A DNA stretch of 64,000 nt from Hypanus sabinus (Eukaryota): assembly GCF_030144855.1 (NCBI RefSeq), contig NC_082706.1:45260001-45324000 (forward strand), given 5' to 3'. Made by a program: the position numbers and the translations under genes. The notes under the pieces were generated by a model. That model ran no database searches. It worked only from the letters and a program-made list of their open reading frames with translations, and had not been told where the DNA came from. Within the stretch, counting starts at the first letter, position 1. Each line of letters opens with the position of its first letter. Positions 12,200 to 24,300 of the stretch are shown in pieces.

Positions 12200-12850
12200 A
12201 GTTTATGTTGATTTTCGACATGATCAACCCACTTTGATGTTCCAGTTATTGGACAACTCTGCCAAAAGAGAGTAAAATTGTGCTCTTCTGGTCCACGTTG
12301 GGATGATGATGAGATGGCCCAAGGAAGCAAAGGAATGCCTGAAAACCAATGTTCATCAGTTCCAGGAGGCAGCTTTTGCTAATAGGAAGTTTTAGTTGAC
12401 ACTTGTTTCTAGAAGGAAGCCATTCAGAAAGGGGCATTTGATTATTTTAGGACATGCTTTGAATTTTAGTCAATGATTCTCTTGCGTTCTGATGATTCTG
12501 TAAGGATATTGATTTCCACTCGGCTGCAGATCATTGATGTGCCTATGCTATATCCTATACACATAAAGGCCTGATGGTTGGGTTGATTTGTTCTCCAATC
12601 TTGGTCATTTACTTGCAAACATTTTGTCACCATGTGAGGAGACATCATCAGATAGTATGCATATGCATTCCTCCATATGCATTGCCTCTATTTTCTTTTT
12701 ATTTGGAAGACACAACACAATCAATAGCACACTGATGATGTCTCCTTGCACGGTGACAAAACATTTGCAATTAAAATGCCACGGTCAGAGAGCAACTCAT
12801 CCCAACCATCAACTACCTGAGCTTCACATCTTCCAAATTATTTCAAAATA
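12200..12850 (-). mobile_element. Degraded Penelope-like element with inverted terminal repeat pair
   Basis: ~80-bp inverted repeat 12572-12651 / 12732-12812, each arm with a CTGATGA...GGTGAC-AAAA motif; faint PLE RT remnants on the minus strand. Confidence 0.55.
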
Positions 12851-13699
12851 AAGGTTTCTGATGTTGTTCAGCTGGTTAAAGTCCGTATTTCCTACAATAT
12901 AAAATGTCTCTTATTGATAAAAAAAAGTTCCAAGATGTAGTAAACATTCATTGGAAAGCCAAACAAAAGGAGCTGTTGATCCTGAGCTGTTTTGTTTTGA
13001 CTGTGATCCATTAAGGGAAAAGTGCAATGGTGTGAAAAGGTGATCATCTTGCTATAATTTTAGCACCTTCTGCTGCTTGTTCAATGAGCAACGTTAATTG
13101 TGACACAGGCATTGCTTGGGATGGTTGTTACCTTCGTTGCTGCAGACCATGAATGGTGCATTTTAATATATTCTTGCTGCCTGCCGCTTTCTCTTTGGCA
13201 TTGTTGCAGGGTCCTCTCTGACTCAGATCCTTATGCAGCTCCTGCTGGGCTAAGAGTCGAGATAAAGGCAATGGTAGCATGGAGAGTTCTGGAAATATTA
13301 ATCTTGGTTGAGGAAATTCCGTGTCTGATTTTTAACATCAAGGAAAGAAAGAGTGTGAGGGAGGGAGAGTGTGAGTGTGATGGGACAGGAAGGGAGCAAA
13401 TCCCACCCTCCTTTCACAGTCTCAATGTCTCAAATCATTCTTTGTGGTCTGAGCTCATGTTTCATCCACAGCCTCTTTCACTGAGCTTCACGGGAGTGTA
13501 AATAAAGCTGTGTGCTCTGATTCTGAGCACAGAAAAAGACATTACAGATTGGCTCCTTGATCCTTGGAGCATAGCAGAATAAGGGGTGACCTCACAGAAA
13601 GTTATAAAATCATGAGGGGTGTGTATGGGATGAACGGTCATGGTCTTTTCCCTGGGGTTGGGGAGACCAAAACTAGAAAGTATGGATACAAGATAAGAA

Positions 13700-14130
13700 G
13701 GTAGAGATTTCAAAGTTCGAAGTAAATTTATTACCAAGTACATATATGTCACACAAGCAACCTTGAGATGTATTTCCATGTGGGCATGCCGAACAAATCC
13801 AGAACACAATAATTACCATAATAGAATCAATGAAAGACCACACCAACTGCGTGTACAACCAGTGTGCAAAAGACAACAAACTGTGCAAATAGAAAAAGAC
13901 AAAAATAACAACAACAAATAAATAAGCAATAAAAATTTTAAAAATGGGATGAAGAGCCCTTGAAAGTGAACCCATTGGTTGTGGGAACATTTCAATGATG
14001 GGGCAAGTGACGGTTCAAGTCACTGATTGTTGAGGGATAGTAACAGTTCCTGAACGTGGTGATGTGAATCCTGAGGCTCTTATGCCTTCTTCCTGATGGC
14101 AGCAGTGAGAAGAGAGCATGCCTTACAGAG
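13700..14130 (-). mobile_element. Rex1/L2-type LINE 3' end
   Basis: LLPSGRRHKSLRIHITTFRNCYYPSTI; same family at ~33390-33730(+), 58345-58760(-), 60270-60420 plus 61290-61530(+). Confidence 0.75.
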
Positions 14131-14716
14131 AAGGTACTGAGCACCTGGAACAAGCGGCCAGACGAAGTGTTTGAGTGGATATGACTGCAATGTTTAAGAG
14201 GCATTTGGATGGGTACACTGAGTGAAAGGATTAGTGGCTGAATGTGGGCAACTGGGATGAACAGGCTGGATGCTGTGGATGCCCTGGCACAGTTGGACCG
14301 AAGGGCCTGTTTCTATGCTGTATTACTCGTTGACTACATTTTAAAATATACGTGCACTCCAGATTTCTCAGTGCCAGTGTTTCTTATCCCTGAAATGAGG
14401 ATCAGACACCCTGTAGATCTGGTGTCAGTACAATGGCAGAGAAGGCAAGCTTGTACATTTTATTCCTAAAGAGATATTAGTGAATGCTATAAATCTTATG
14501 ACAGTCCTGTGTTACAGTAACCAAAACAATATATTGTAAAGTTCCAGCCCAAAGACAAGGAGGGAGAAGGTATTCCAGAGCTTATGGCCCAGGCAGCTGA
14601 AGGCCAATAGCCGAACAGTGCAGGAGAAGAGTTAATTGAGGCCAGACCCTGGCAGAAAAAAAGAGGGGAAGAGGGTTGTAGGGACGGCAGCCGGTCTCGG
14701 GGATGGAGGCACTCAC

Positions 14717-14826
14717 CTGTCGGTTCTGACAGGTCCTGAGAATGAAACAAATCACAGCCAATGAGATGATCAAGAATACAGCCCCAGCTACAGCAGCCAA
14801 TGGAACAACTGTTATTGACTGATCGA
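14717..14826 (-). pseudogene. Siglec-like locus B: transmembrane exon
   Basis: Pyrimidine tract + AG|TC (phase 1), DQSITVVPLAAVAGAVFLIISLAVICFILRTCQNRQ, donor CAG|GTGAGT. Confidence 0.7.
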
Positions 14827-15029
14827 CTGTTGTAGGAGGCAAGATTGAAGAGACAATTAATGGTGACAGTATCCCCCGCTCCATAAGTCACAGGCTCACT
14901 CTCAGATAGACCCATCTCGTGGATCAATGGACAGCAGCAGTGTCCCTGAACAGGAAAGAAGTCTCGTCCCCTCCAACCCATTGAGACTGCTTGTAAAGAT
15001 ATTGAGCACAGGAATGGGTATATTATTTT

Positions 15030-15600
15030 GCACTTGTACAGGATGCTGGCGAGATTGCACTTGAATTATTGTGTGCAGTTTTAGTCACAGTGTCATAGAA
15101 AAGGTGTAATTAATTTGGAAGGAGTGCAACAAAAGGCTTAGAATGTTGTCAGACATTGAGGGCCACAATTTTAGGTCAGGCTGGGCTTTTGGGGCCTTAT
15201 TTTTTGCAATATAGGAGACGGAGGGCTGATCTTTTAGAAGTGTATAAAACCATGAGAATCATAAATGAAGAGAATGCACACGGTGTTTTTCCAAGGGAAT
15301 GGGAACAAAAAGCTAGAGGACACAGCTTTCAAGTGAGTGGGGAAAGATTTAAAGGGGTCCTGAGGGGAAACTTCTTCAAACAGGGGATAGTGCATGAATG
15401 GAGTAAGATGAATAGGGAAGTAGTTGAGGCAAGTATAATGACAACAGTTAAGCCATGTTTGGGTAAGTTCATGGATAGGAAATATTTAGAGGTGAGCCAA
15501 ACATGGTCAAATGGGACTCGCTTAGGTTGGCACTTTTGTCAGCAGGTATGAGCTGGGCAGAAGGGCCTCTTTCTAATTTGTATTACTCTGGGGCTCTAAG
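15030..15600 (+). mobile_element. CR1 3' fragment
   Basis: RRRADLLEVYKTM..KARGHSF..RFKGVLRGNFF plus tail. Confidence 0.8.
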
Positions 15601-15927
15601 ATGGACCGATTTGAAAGTTTTATCTGACTCTAAGACAACCTAACCATTCCCTCACACATAGCCCTCCAAGTTTTGTTCATCGGTACCTATCTAAAAGTGC
15701 CTCAAATGTCCCTAAAGAAGAGTATCTGCCTCTACTAGTGTGCAGATAAGTACTTTGTGTTCCTTCATCTCTTTGTATAAAAATCTACCTTTGACAGCCT
15801 TTCATATTTTCCTCCAATCACCTGAAAACACATCCTCCTTTATCAGCCATTTGCTGTCCACCATATCTATTCCATTTATCATCTCGTGCACCTGGACTAT
15901 GGTCAGTATTAGACTATGACCACTGAT

Positions 15928-16209
15928 GTTGCACAGTGAGGGTTATGACACTCTCCACTGTCCCGTGTTCATTCTCCGCCACACACTGATAGACTCCGGC
16001 CTGCTGGGGGGTCACCTGAGGAAACTCCAGCCACAGTTCATTGTTGGAACTTGTTATGTTCAGTGTGACCCTGAGATGTCTCCATATCAGGTTAGATGCT
16101 GGGAAACTCAGGATGGAGCAGAGGATCACTGTAGAATTTCCTTGTTTTACACTGACCCAGGAATCATTCACTTGCTTGGGAGAAGTGATTGAAAGATTTT
16201 GTGGGGTGT
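15928..16209 (-). pseudogene. Siglec-like locus B: third Ig (C2) exon, frame open but both splice sites mutated
   Basis: DTPQNLSIT..VILCSILSFPASNLIW..AGVYQCVAENEHG..TLTVQ (282 nt); acceptor TG instead of AG, donor ATCAGT instead of GTCAGT. Confidence 0.85.
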
Positions 16210-16344
16210 CAATAGACAAATAAAATGAGCAACAGTTCACCAGCTGTGAAACACTTTCAGTGATTTCCCGGGATCATTTCCCGGGTGTGATACCAGTGCA
16301 AAGTTATTTTGTCACAAAGTACACAGCTGAGGAAATTATTTATT

Positions 16345-16572
16345 TTATTTAGAGATACAATATGGTACAGGCCCTTTCGGCCCAACAAGCCCATGCTGTC
16401 CCAATATATCCATATGAGCAATTAACCTATCAACCCATCTGGCTTTGGAATGTGGGAGGAATTACACACCGTCAGGAGGAGAAAATACAAATTCCTTACA
16501 GAAAGGTTTGGGAGTGAATCCGGGTTGCAGGCGCTCTCATGGTGTTGTGCTAACTGCTACACTACCGTGCCA
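16345..16572 (-). mobile_element. V-SINE/HE1-like tRNA-derived SINE
   Basis: Minus strand starts GGCACGGTAGTGTAGCAGTTAGC (A-box-like), has CCCACATTCCAAAG core and a CR1-like tail. Confidence 0.7.
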
Positions 16573-17108
16573 GCCCTGGTTGCAGAACTGAGGAAGCAAT
16601 GCAGAGTAGGAGGGCAGAGCTGAGGGAGGGCCACAGCATCCAAGGGAGATGTAGAAGAGCACCTTACAGTTTGTGGGCCATTAATGAGTGAGCCTGTGCT
16701 GAGAGTGTGCTGTCATGTCAGAGAAACAGAGCTGAGGAAAGTCGCACTGTCAGAGCTAGAGGGCTAATAGACTGTGGCCCCATTGGATGGACAGAACTGA
16801 CAGAACATGGTGGTGTTGAGGGAACACTGAAGACTAGAGCTGAGGGGCATGCTACTGCTAGAGGGGTGATACTGATGGTCCACTGTGCTGTAAGGAAGGT
16901 AGCACCCTAAGGCTTGAAGAGTATTCCTGCTTTAAGCTGAGATATCAGTCTGAAGGCTAAGCTGCCATCTTGGACTGAGTTATTGAAAGGCTCTCCTGTT
17001 CTAATTTTCATCAGTAAAGTCAAGGAATCTGATTAGCTTTGTGGTATAGTTGCTGTGTAAAATGTGGAGAAATGCTGTTCGTGTATGAGAGATAATGTCC
17101 ATAATTAC

Positions 17109-17396
17109 ACTGCACAGTTAGTGAGAGAGTCTGCTCCGATGAAACAGATGGGTATCTGACTGCAGGTGAGATTTTGCCCGTGGTGTTTGAGTGCTGGGGT
17201 CATAGTCGGAACACACTTGTATGTTAGATCGTTGTTCCACTGAGTGACTCTGTGTGAGACTGACAGTAATACATGATTAGGGGTGTTCCAAATTAACTTC
17301 GGTGCCGTTCCATCACACATAGTGCTGAATGTGCAGCTTATATTCACAGGCTTTCCTGCAACCATTTCAGCAGGGATAATCAAGGGCTTATCTGTG
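17109..17396 (-). pseudogene. Siglec-like locus B: second Ig (C2) exon
   Basis: Paralog of 57755-58048 (DKPLII..SCTFSTMCDGTAP..HHGQNLTC); 2-nt deletion after LTC; acceptor replaced by a CR1 5' junction. Confidence 0.9.
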
Positions 17397-17750
17397 TGAT
17401 TGTGCTGGAGAGAGCACTGAGGAGATTCACAGGGATGTTGCCTGGATTGGAGCATTTTCTTTATAAGCAGGAAGCTGAATATTTTCCTGTGGTGTGGAGG
17501 AGGCTGAGGGTAATATAAAATTATGAATGGGACAGAGAGGATAAATAGTGAAAATCCCTTTCCTTCGGTGTATCTGTGTGGAAAAGATTCAGAGGTTATC
17601 TGAGGGGTGAGATTTTTTACAAACAGATGGTGATTAGAGTCTGGAATGTGCTAAATGAAGAGATATTGGAGGCAGGTACTCTCACATATTTATGAAGCAT
17701 TGACAAGTACTCAACTCACCAAGGCATAGAGAGATAAGGTCCAAAGAGAT
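17395..17750 (+). mobile_element. 5'-truncated CR1 abutting the locus B C2 exon start
   Basis: GTGATTGTGCTGGAGAGAGCACTGAGGAGATTCACAGGGATGTTGCCTGG is CR1 ORF2-like. Confidence 0.75.
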
Positions 17751-18045
17751 TCTGCAGATTCTTGAAATCCAGAGAAACACACATGAAATGCTAGTGGAAA
17801 TCAGCAGGTCAGGCAGCAGCTATGGAAATGAATCAACAGTTGACGTTTCAGGCCAAGACCCTACATCAAGACTAGAAGGAAGGCGGAAGATGCCACAATA
17901 AGAAGGCGGGGAGAGGGGAGGAGGACAAGTTAGAAGATGGGTGAGGGAGGGTGAAGTAAGAATTTGGGAGGTGGTAAGTGGAAAAGTCACTTCACAGTCC
18001 TGATGAAGGGTCTTGTCCTGAAATGTTGTTTATTCATCTCCAGAG
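17745..18045. mobile_element. Penelope-type 3' fragments in opposite orientations
   Basis: Minus copy 17745-17985 (pyrimidine UTR plus decayed hammerhead) and plus copy 17995-18045 (CAGTCCTGATGAAGGGTC..GAAA). Confidence 0.7.
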
Positions 18046-18786
18046 AAAGATAAGGACCAATCTTGTACTAAAACATGTGTACTGTTGAGGTTACCCTGAT
18101 ATATAAAAAAAGACTGGAATGAGTTCAGAAAAGACTTACCAGGATATTGCCTTGGCTTGGGGGTATGAATTACAAAGAGAGGTTACTGGGTATATTGAAA
18201 GTGGAAGTTGATATGTTTTAGATACGTCACAATGTCAAAGGTTACAGGGAGAAGCCAGGAAAATCAGAGTTGAGCGATAATCAATCAGGCATGATGGGAT
18301 GGTGGAGAAGACTTGATGGGTAGAATGGCCTTATTCTGCTCCTATGTATGGTCTCATTTTAAATATACTCAGTGACTTGACCTCCATAATCATATATGGC
18401 AATGAATTTCACAGATTCACCATCCCTGGGCTGAAGAAATTCCTCCTTATACCTGTTCTAAAGGCATGTCCCTGTATTCCGAGGCTCTGCCTCTGATCCT
18501 AGACTCCCCCACTATTGGAATGATCCTCTCCACGTCCACTCTATTTGGGCCTTTTAATGTGATTAGTGAGATGTATTGGGCTGAATCTAAACATTTTAAT
18601 CAATGACTTTGGAAAAAGAATCAGAGGTTGTGATGAGCTGGAGGCCAAATCCATTACTTAAGTTTGTTACTCAGATGTAGTATTGCACTAAACTATGGTT
18701 TGTGTGGATGAGGTACCAGCATAGCTTATACCATTCCCCACCGACTGCTCAACATCAGCTGAATGATGTTCGCTCAGCACACTTAC

Positions 18787-19131
18787 CAAAATCATGGAGC
18801 CGTGCCACAGGCGTGAGAAACCCCATTGTCAAATTCAATTCTGAAAAACCAAGGGCCTTCATTTTCCAAACTGATATTGTCTATAACAAGGGAACAGTGG
18901 CTGTATTTCTGGTCTCCAGACAGCTGGGTCCGATGGCAAAACTTCTTCAAGGTGCGCTTGGAATCCTTGGTGACAATGTTGTCACTTCCTCTGTGTTGAA
19001 CCAGACTCCACCTCGTGGTTCATTGGCCAGCTGCGATGGATAACAGTAGAGGCACGGAATCCGGGCACATAAACCCCTCTGTGCTGTCACAATTCATGGA
19101 TTTCTGGCTCTCCACTCTTCCAACACAGCAG
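18787..19131 (-). pseudogene. Siglec-like locus B: V-set exon
   Basis: AG/GT flanks; EWRA..*IVTAQRGLCARIPC..HCSLVIDNI..GPWFFRIEF; in-frame TGA and frameshifts. Confidence 0.9.
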
Positions 19132-19369
19132 CTGAGAAGAGAAAGAACAAAGTTTGGTACTGAACAACTCGTGGATCCACCGAACTCCTATGTGTAGGAA
19201 CTGGACCTTGGGTTTTGCTGGTGTGGTAATTGTGTGCTGTGTACAGCACAAATACCAGTATGGAAGTTCAAGTTTAATTGTCATTCACCCATACATGAAT
19301 AGCAATGAATATAGCCAAATCAAACTCTATTCCTCTAGGAAAGTACTTGCTTTTCTGCTAAATGTGTAA

Positions 19370-20620
19370 AAAGTCTTGGACGTGTTGGATCAGATGGCAA
19401 CGACCATCAGACTTAGGGACCATATTGAGGGTCAAAGCGCAGGGACTATTTGACCTGTGTACAATGCCAACTATTTTCATGTTGGCAATCTCAGCCTTCG
19501 TGGTTGCCAGCTTTTCTGGCTCCAGTATACAGAGCAGCACATGGACAAGTGGGCCAGTTGTAGGACGTGGTGCCTGACCCCATGTTTTGTGGCGATAGTG
19601 GAGAGGTGAGATGTGATGTTTGGGAATTCATCCAGCAGTTGAGTAAACTCACATATGCTTGACAGAGTCATTGTGGGGAACGTACTGGGGGAGCAGGGTA
19701 ATGACTAAAGTCCTTGACATCCAGAAGCTGCCAGTTCTTAAGATCGACTAATTGTCCTTGAGCACTCAGGAAATCTACACTGAGTAGTGCTCTAGCCACT
19801 TTAGCCAGGAAGAAGCCCCATGTGTAACGTTGACAAGTGAAGCAGAGCGCCACCCAATGTGTCCCGTAAGTCTGGATCCTACTGGTGTTGGTGGCCTCCA
19901 GCAAGGCTTCACTGCTCTTCGCAGGTGATGGTAGCAGCACACTCACTTGAGCACAAGTGCCACACAGGAAGCGTCACCCTGAAAGGGCATCTGTAATGAA
20001 TAGTAGTCAACTCTGGCAGCTGGAACCCATGGAGTTCACAGACTGTGATGTCCAATGCGCTGGCACTGTTGAAGCTGCAAGGTGGTCAGCATTCGTACCA
20101 AAGCAAACATGGTGACCGGACTTATTGAGGGAGAAAGAGGAGGAGGAATGACCTACTGCTGCCTGGCTCAGTGTAGACTATCAGTCATTTTAGCAAGCTC
20201 CGTTTAGTCCTTCACAGGTACATCAGCGAGGGCTACGTGAAATTGATCAGGCATTTGCTGCATGAAGAGTTCTTGAAAATGAAACAAGGATGGTGATTCC
20301 TCAGGAGAGACAGCATGCAGTCCATTAGCTCCAACGGCCCAGCATCCCTGAGGCCGTGCAAGGAGAGGAACTGTCTGGTGTGATCAGACTCCAGTAGTCC
20401 AAATGTCTGTGAAAGGTGAGCTTTCAGCGATTGGAATTTCTGGTGTTCAGGCAGGTGTTCAAGTAGACTCACCACGCTCACAGCCACGGAATTGCTGAGC
20501 CATGGAGTTGGTGTTGGCCGTAAAATAACGAGCATTTTACTCTCTAAACTCTGGCAGTTTCAAAGCGACTGTGTTGATTGACATGTTCAGCAGCTCTGGA
20601 ATCGTACCAGAGCATCAGGG
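19370..20620 (-). mobile_element. Degraded Gypsy gag-pro-RT fragment
   Basis: TVALKLPEF gag start, FGLLES..LELMDCML, FFLAKVARALLSVDFL, LEPEKLATTKAE..MVPKSDG. Confidence 0.8.
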
Positions 20621-21059
20621 TCACCATTGTGAGTTTTAGCAAATAAAAATGGTGGAGGCATTTTATGTTTTAGAAAAACCACAGCAATTGATTTATTGTA
20701 CTCCTAACACAGAAGACAAGGCATGCTAAAAGTACTTTACCAAATTACATCATCACATCAGACGAGCCTCTTAAAGCGACCCCCATCTGAATGTCAGTGG
20801 CTGTGAGTGATGTTCTGCACATTTCCACCAATTACCTCACCCTACATCACTCCTGATGTTCGGCTCACTGACCTATAATTTCCTGCTTTATTTTTAGAGT
20901 TTTTCTTAAAGAGTGGAACATCATTGACTATCCTCCAACCCGCATGTCTGCATGCTTTTATGCATGGAGTTGCAGCCACATGATTGGCTGATTAGATATT
21001 TGCATTAATGAGCTGGTATAAAGTGGTGATTGAGTGTAATTAGAGTTCGCACTGAAACA

Positions 21060-21830
21060 GACTCTTCAGCCCAACTTCCACATGCCCTCCCATTTGCCCA
21101 CATTAGGCCCATATTTCTCTAAAGCTTTCCTATCCAAATACCTTTTAAACAACCTAATTGCACCTGCTTCTGCAGCTACCACTGGCAGTTCATTCCATTT
21201 ACCTACCACCCTCAGTCTGGTCAAAACTAGCCCCTTAAGTACCCTTTAATCTTTTCTTTCTCACCTTAAACCTACTGAATGCATGTGTAAACACCATGAC
21301 CATCCACCTTATCTATAGCCCCTCAGGTTTTATAAATCTCAATCACGTCAGCTCTCAGCCTCCTGAGCTCCAAGAGAAAAAGCTTGAGCCTTTCTCAAAT
21401 TTCTTTATAACCCAGTCTCTCCAGTCCCAGTGACATCCTTGTGAATCTTTTCTGCACCCTTTCCAGATTAACGACATCCTCCCTATAGTTGAGTGACCTG
21501 AATTGCACACAATATTTAAGTGTGGTCCCAACAACATCCTGTACAACTGTAACATGACATCCCACTCCTGTACTCATTGCACTGACCGATGAAGTCCAGT
21601 GTGCCAATCACCCTCTTCACTATCCTGTCTACCTGAATCTCTATGTTCTGGGAACTAGATTCGACAACAGATCCCTGAGACTGCCATTAATCCTACCCTG
21701 GTTTAACTGATAAAACTACAATACTTGATACTTATCCAATTTAAATTCCATCAGCCAGTCCCTTGCCCACTTTCCCAGCTGATCGAGATGCTCTCACTCT
21801 CTACCATGCCACCCATCTTGGTGACAGCCA
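21060..21830 (-). mobile_element. CR1 3' fragment
   Basis: LKYCVQFRSLNYREDVVNLERVQKRFTRM. Confidence 0.85.
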
Positions 21831-21849
21831 CAAACTGACCATAACGGAA

Positions 21850-23200
21850 TTGAAATTGGCAAAACGGTTAACATACATGAGTTGAGGAATGTGAAAGTAG
21901 GCAAATCTATGCCGGACGATATCGGAAGCTGTCATTCTGTGAACATGTTCTCGTGGCCACCACTTTGCAAACTGTTTTCGCTCTGTTTCGTGGTCAGGAA
22001 TGGTTTGATCAGAGCAACAGAAGGTGCACGCAATGAGGTCTCTCCCGATAACCCACTAAACCAGAGATAATTTCCAAACAGTAATCTGTTTGAGATCTCA
22101 TTTGGTATGATAGAATCTGCAGGCTGATGAGGAGAATGACCTGAAGTAACGGAGACCAGTGCTTGACTGAACTGTGCAAGATTACAATCAATGGGAATGA
22201 GAGTGGAAAATGAATGGCTGTCCAGTGCCATTTGTTCAAATGTGGCTATGATGACGAGGGTAGTGAATGCCACCTCACCCTGGGAGTTTGGTTCTCTGTC
22301 TGTGTTTGGATCCCAGCTGTGGTGAAATCTGGAGAGGAGGTGACTTTTGCAGAACAGCTTCTGTGAGCAGCTTGTTGCCCGGCAACTGGCCGGGTTAGAC
22401 GTATCCTGTTCAGTGTGGATAGGATCTACTCAGTCAGTTTGTTGGATAGTTGCCGGTGACGTAGCTGCCCTGGAACAGTCTGGCTAAGGAGGTGGCAGGC
22501 TCTGGGTCACAGGGCATCAGTACCACTCTGAGAATGTCATCAGGAACCATGGTCTTTCCTGTACCCAGTGTCATCTCTTGTTGATATTGTGGAGTCAAGC
22601 AAACCAGCGGAAGACTTGTGTCTGTTGTGCTGGGGCCCAGTTAGGAGGGTGAATTCGATCACCCACTCCAGACTTGTGTCTATTGTGCTGGGGCCCAGTG
22701 CAGGAGGGTGAATTCGATCACCCACTCCAGACTTGTGTCTATTGTGCTGGGGCCCAGTGCAGGAGGGTGAATTCGATCACCCACTCCAGACTTGTGTCTA
22801 TTGTGCTGGGGCCCAGTGCAGGAGGGTGAATTCGATCACCCACTCCAGACTTGTGTCTGTTGTGCTGGGGACCAGTGCAGGAGGGTGAAGTCCATTACCC
22901 ACTCCAGACTTGTGTCTATTGTGCTGGGGACCAGTGCAGGAGGGTGAAGTCCATCACCCACTCCAGACTTGTGTCTATTGTGCTGGGGACCAGTGCAGGA
23001 GGGTGAAGTCGATCACCCACTCCAGACTTGTGTCTATTGTGCTGGGGCCCAGTGCAGGAGGGTGAAGTATATCACCCACTCCAGACTTGTGTCTGTTGTG
23101 CTGGGGACCAGTGCAGGAGGGTGAAGTAGATCACCCACTCCAGACATGTGTCTATTGTGCTGGGGGCCAGTTCAGGAGGGTGAAGTAGATTGGCCACTGC
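21850..23200 (-). mobile_element. Degraded CR1/L2-group LINE ORF2 (RT N-terminus) containing a minisatellite
   Basis: KTMVPDDIL..PEPATSLARLFQGSYVTGNYP and NSQGEVAFTTLVIIATFEQ resemble KAMGPDNIP..PLAKLFQ and NSRGEVRVTALDIKAAFDR. Confidence 0.65.
22612..23190. repeat. 59-bp tandem repeat x10
   Basis: AGACTTGTGTCT starts at 22612, 22670, 22729, 22788, 22847, 22906, 22965, 23024, 23083, 23142. Confidence 0.97.
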
Positions 23201-23834
23201 AGGAAGACAAGATAGATCCCTTGCTCGGCCCTTCTGTCTGCAGGTGGCAGCAAATGTTTTAATTTTTGCTTTGGCTCTGATGTGAAAATCCAAGGCTGTA
23301 CACTGCCCTTTGTGGCACATCATTCATCACATCTTCCTTACCAGATTGGTTAATCCTCCCCTTTCTCCCCATCAGCCGGCCCACCTTGACTTTATGTGTT
23401 ATCTCCTGCCCCTCTTTATCTCCTGCAATAACCTTTGATGCCACATTGCAGGAAATCAAAGCTTGTTGGGTCAATTTGTGGCAAAATTTGGGACGGAGTA
23501 GCTGTCCAACTCTGTGCAGAGATAATGACACTGAAAGTGATCTGTAAAAGTACATTGCTCAAGATCCACTTCCTTGGAAGTGATCAGCCTCGCTTCTGAA
23601 CCCACAGCCAGATCAATGCAACTCACCCACTTTCACCCCCTATCCACCCACACCAACACCCCTTGCAGGTGGTGTGACATGTTAACATTAGAAGCATGGA
23701 CACAGGGAGCTGCATTGTCAAGGAGAGGAAGGAAATCCAATAGAAGCAAACCGTTCAGAGATGTAAATCTGATAGACCTGTAATCCCACTCTTAATAAAT
23801 GTAACATTAGACAAATCCTCCATGGAGCATGCAC

Positions 23835-24300
23835 TCAGTCATTACTTTATTAGGGACATACAATCCTCTGGCAGCAACTTCATGCTTAAAAGCATCCAGA
23901 CATGGTCAAGAGGTTCACACCAAACATCAGAGTGGTGAAGAAATGTGATCTAAGTGACTGACTGTGGAATAATTGTTGCTGCCAGACAGGGTGGTTTGAG
24001 TATCTCAGACCCTGCTGATCTCCTGGGATTTTCATGGACAACGGTCTCTGGAGTTTACAGCATGTGGTGTAAAAACAAACAAACAAAAAATAAAAATTGA
24101 TTAGCTGCAATTTTGAGGGAAAATATCTTGTTAATGAGAGACTCAGAGAAGACTGGCCAGATTGATTCAGCAGACAGGAAGGCGACAGTAGCTGTAATAA
24201 CCACGTTACAACAGTGGTGTGCAGGAAAACATCTCTGAGTGGACAATAGGGCGAAGCTTGAAGTGGGTGAACTACAGCAGCAGAAAACCACATAACCCGT
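23835..24300 (+). mobile_element. Non-autonomous Tc1-like remnant
   Basis: GCAGCAACT..AAAAGCATCCAGACATGGTCAAGAGG..AAATGTGATCTAAGTGAC; same family inverted at 36700-37402 and partial at 20945-21030. Confidence 0.7.

Noticed and set aside
14827-14952. Longer TM exon using the upstream TTCCTGTTCAG acceptor
   Set aside because: Two in-frame TGA codons and wrong phase; the 14826 acceptor fits better
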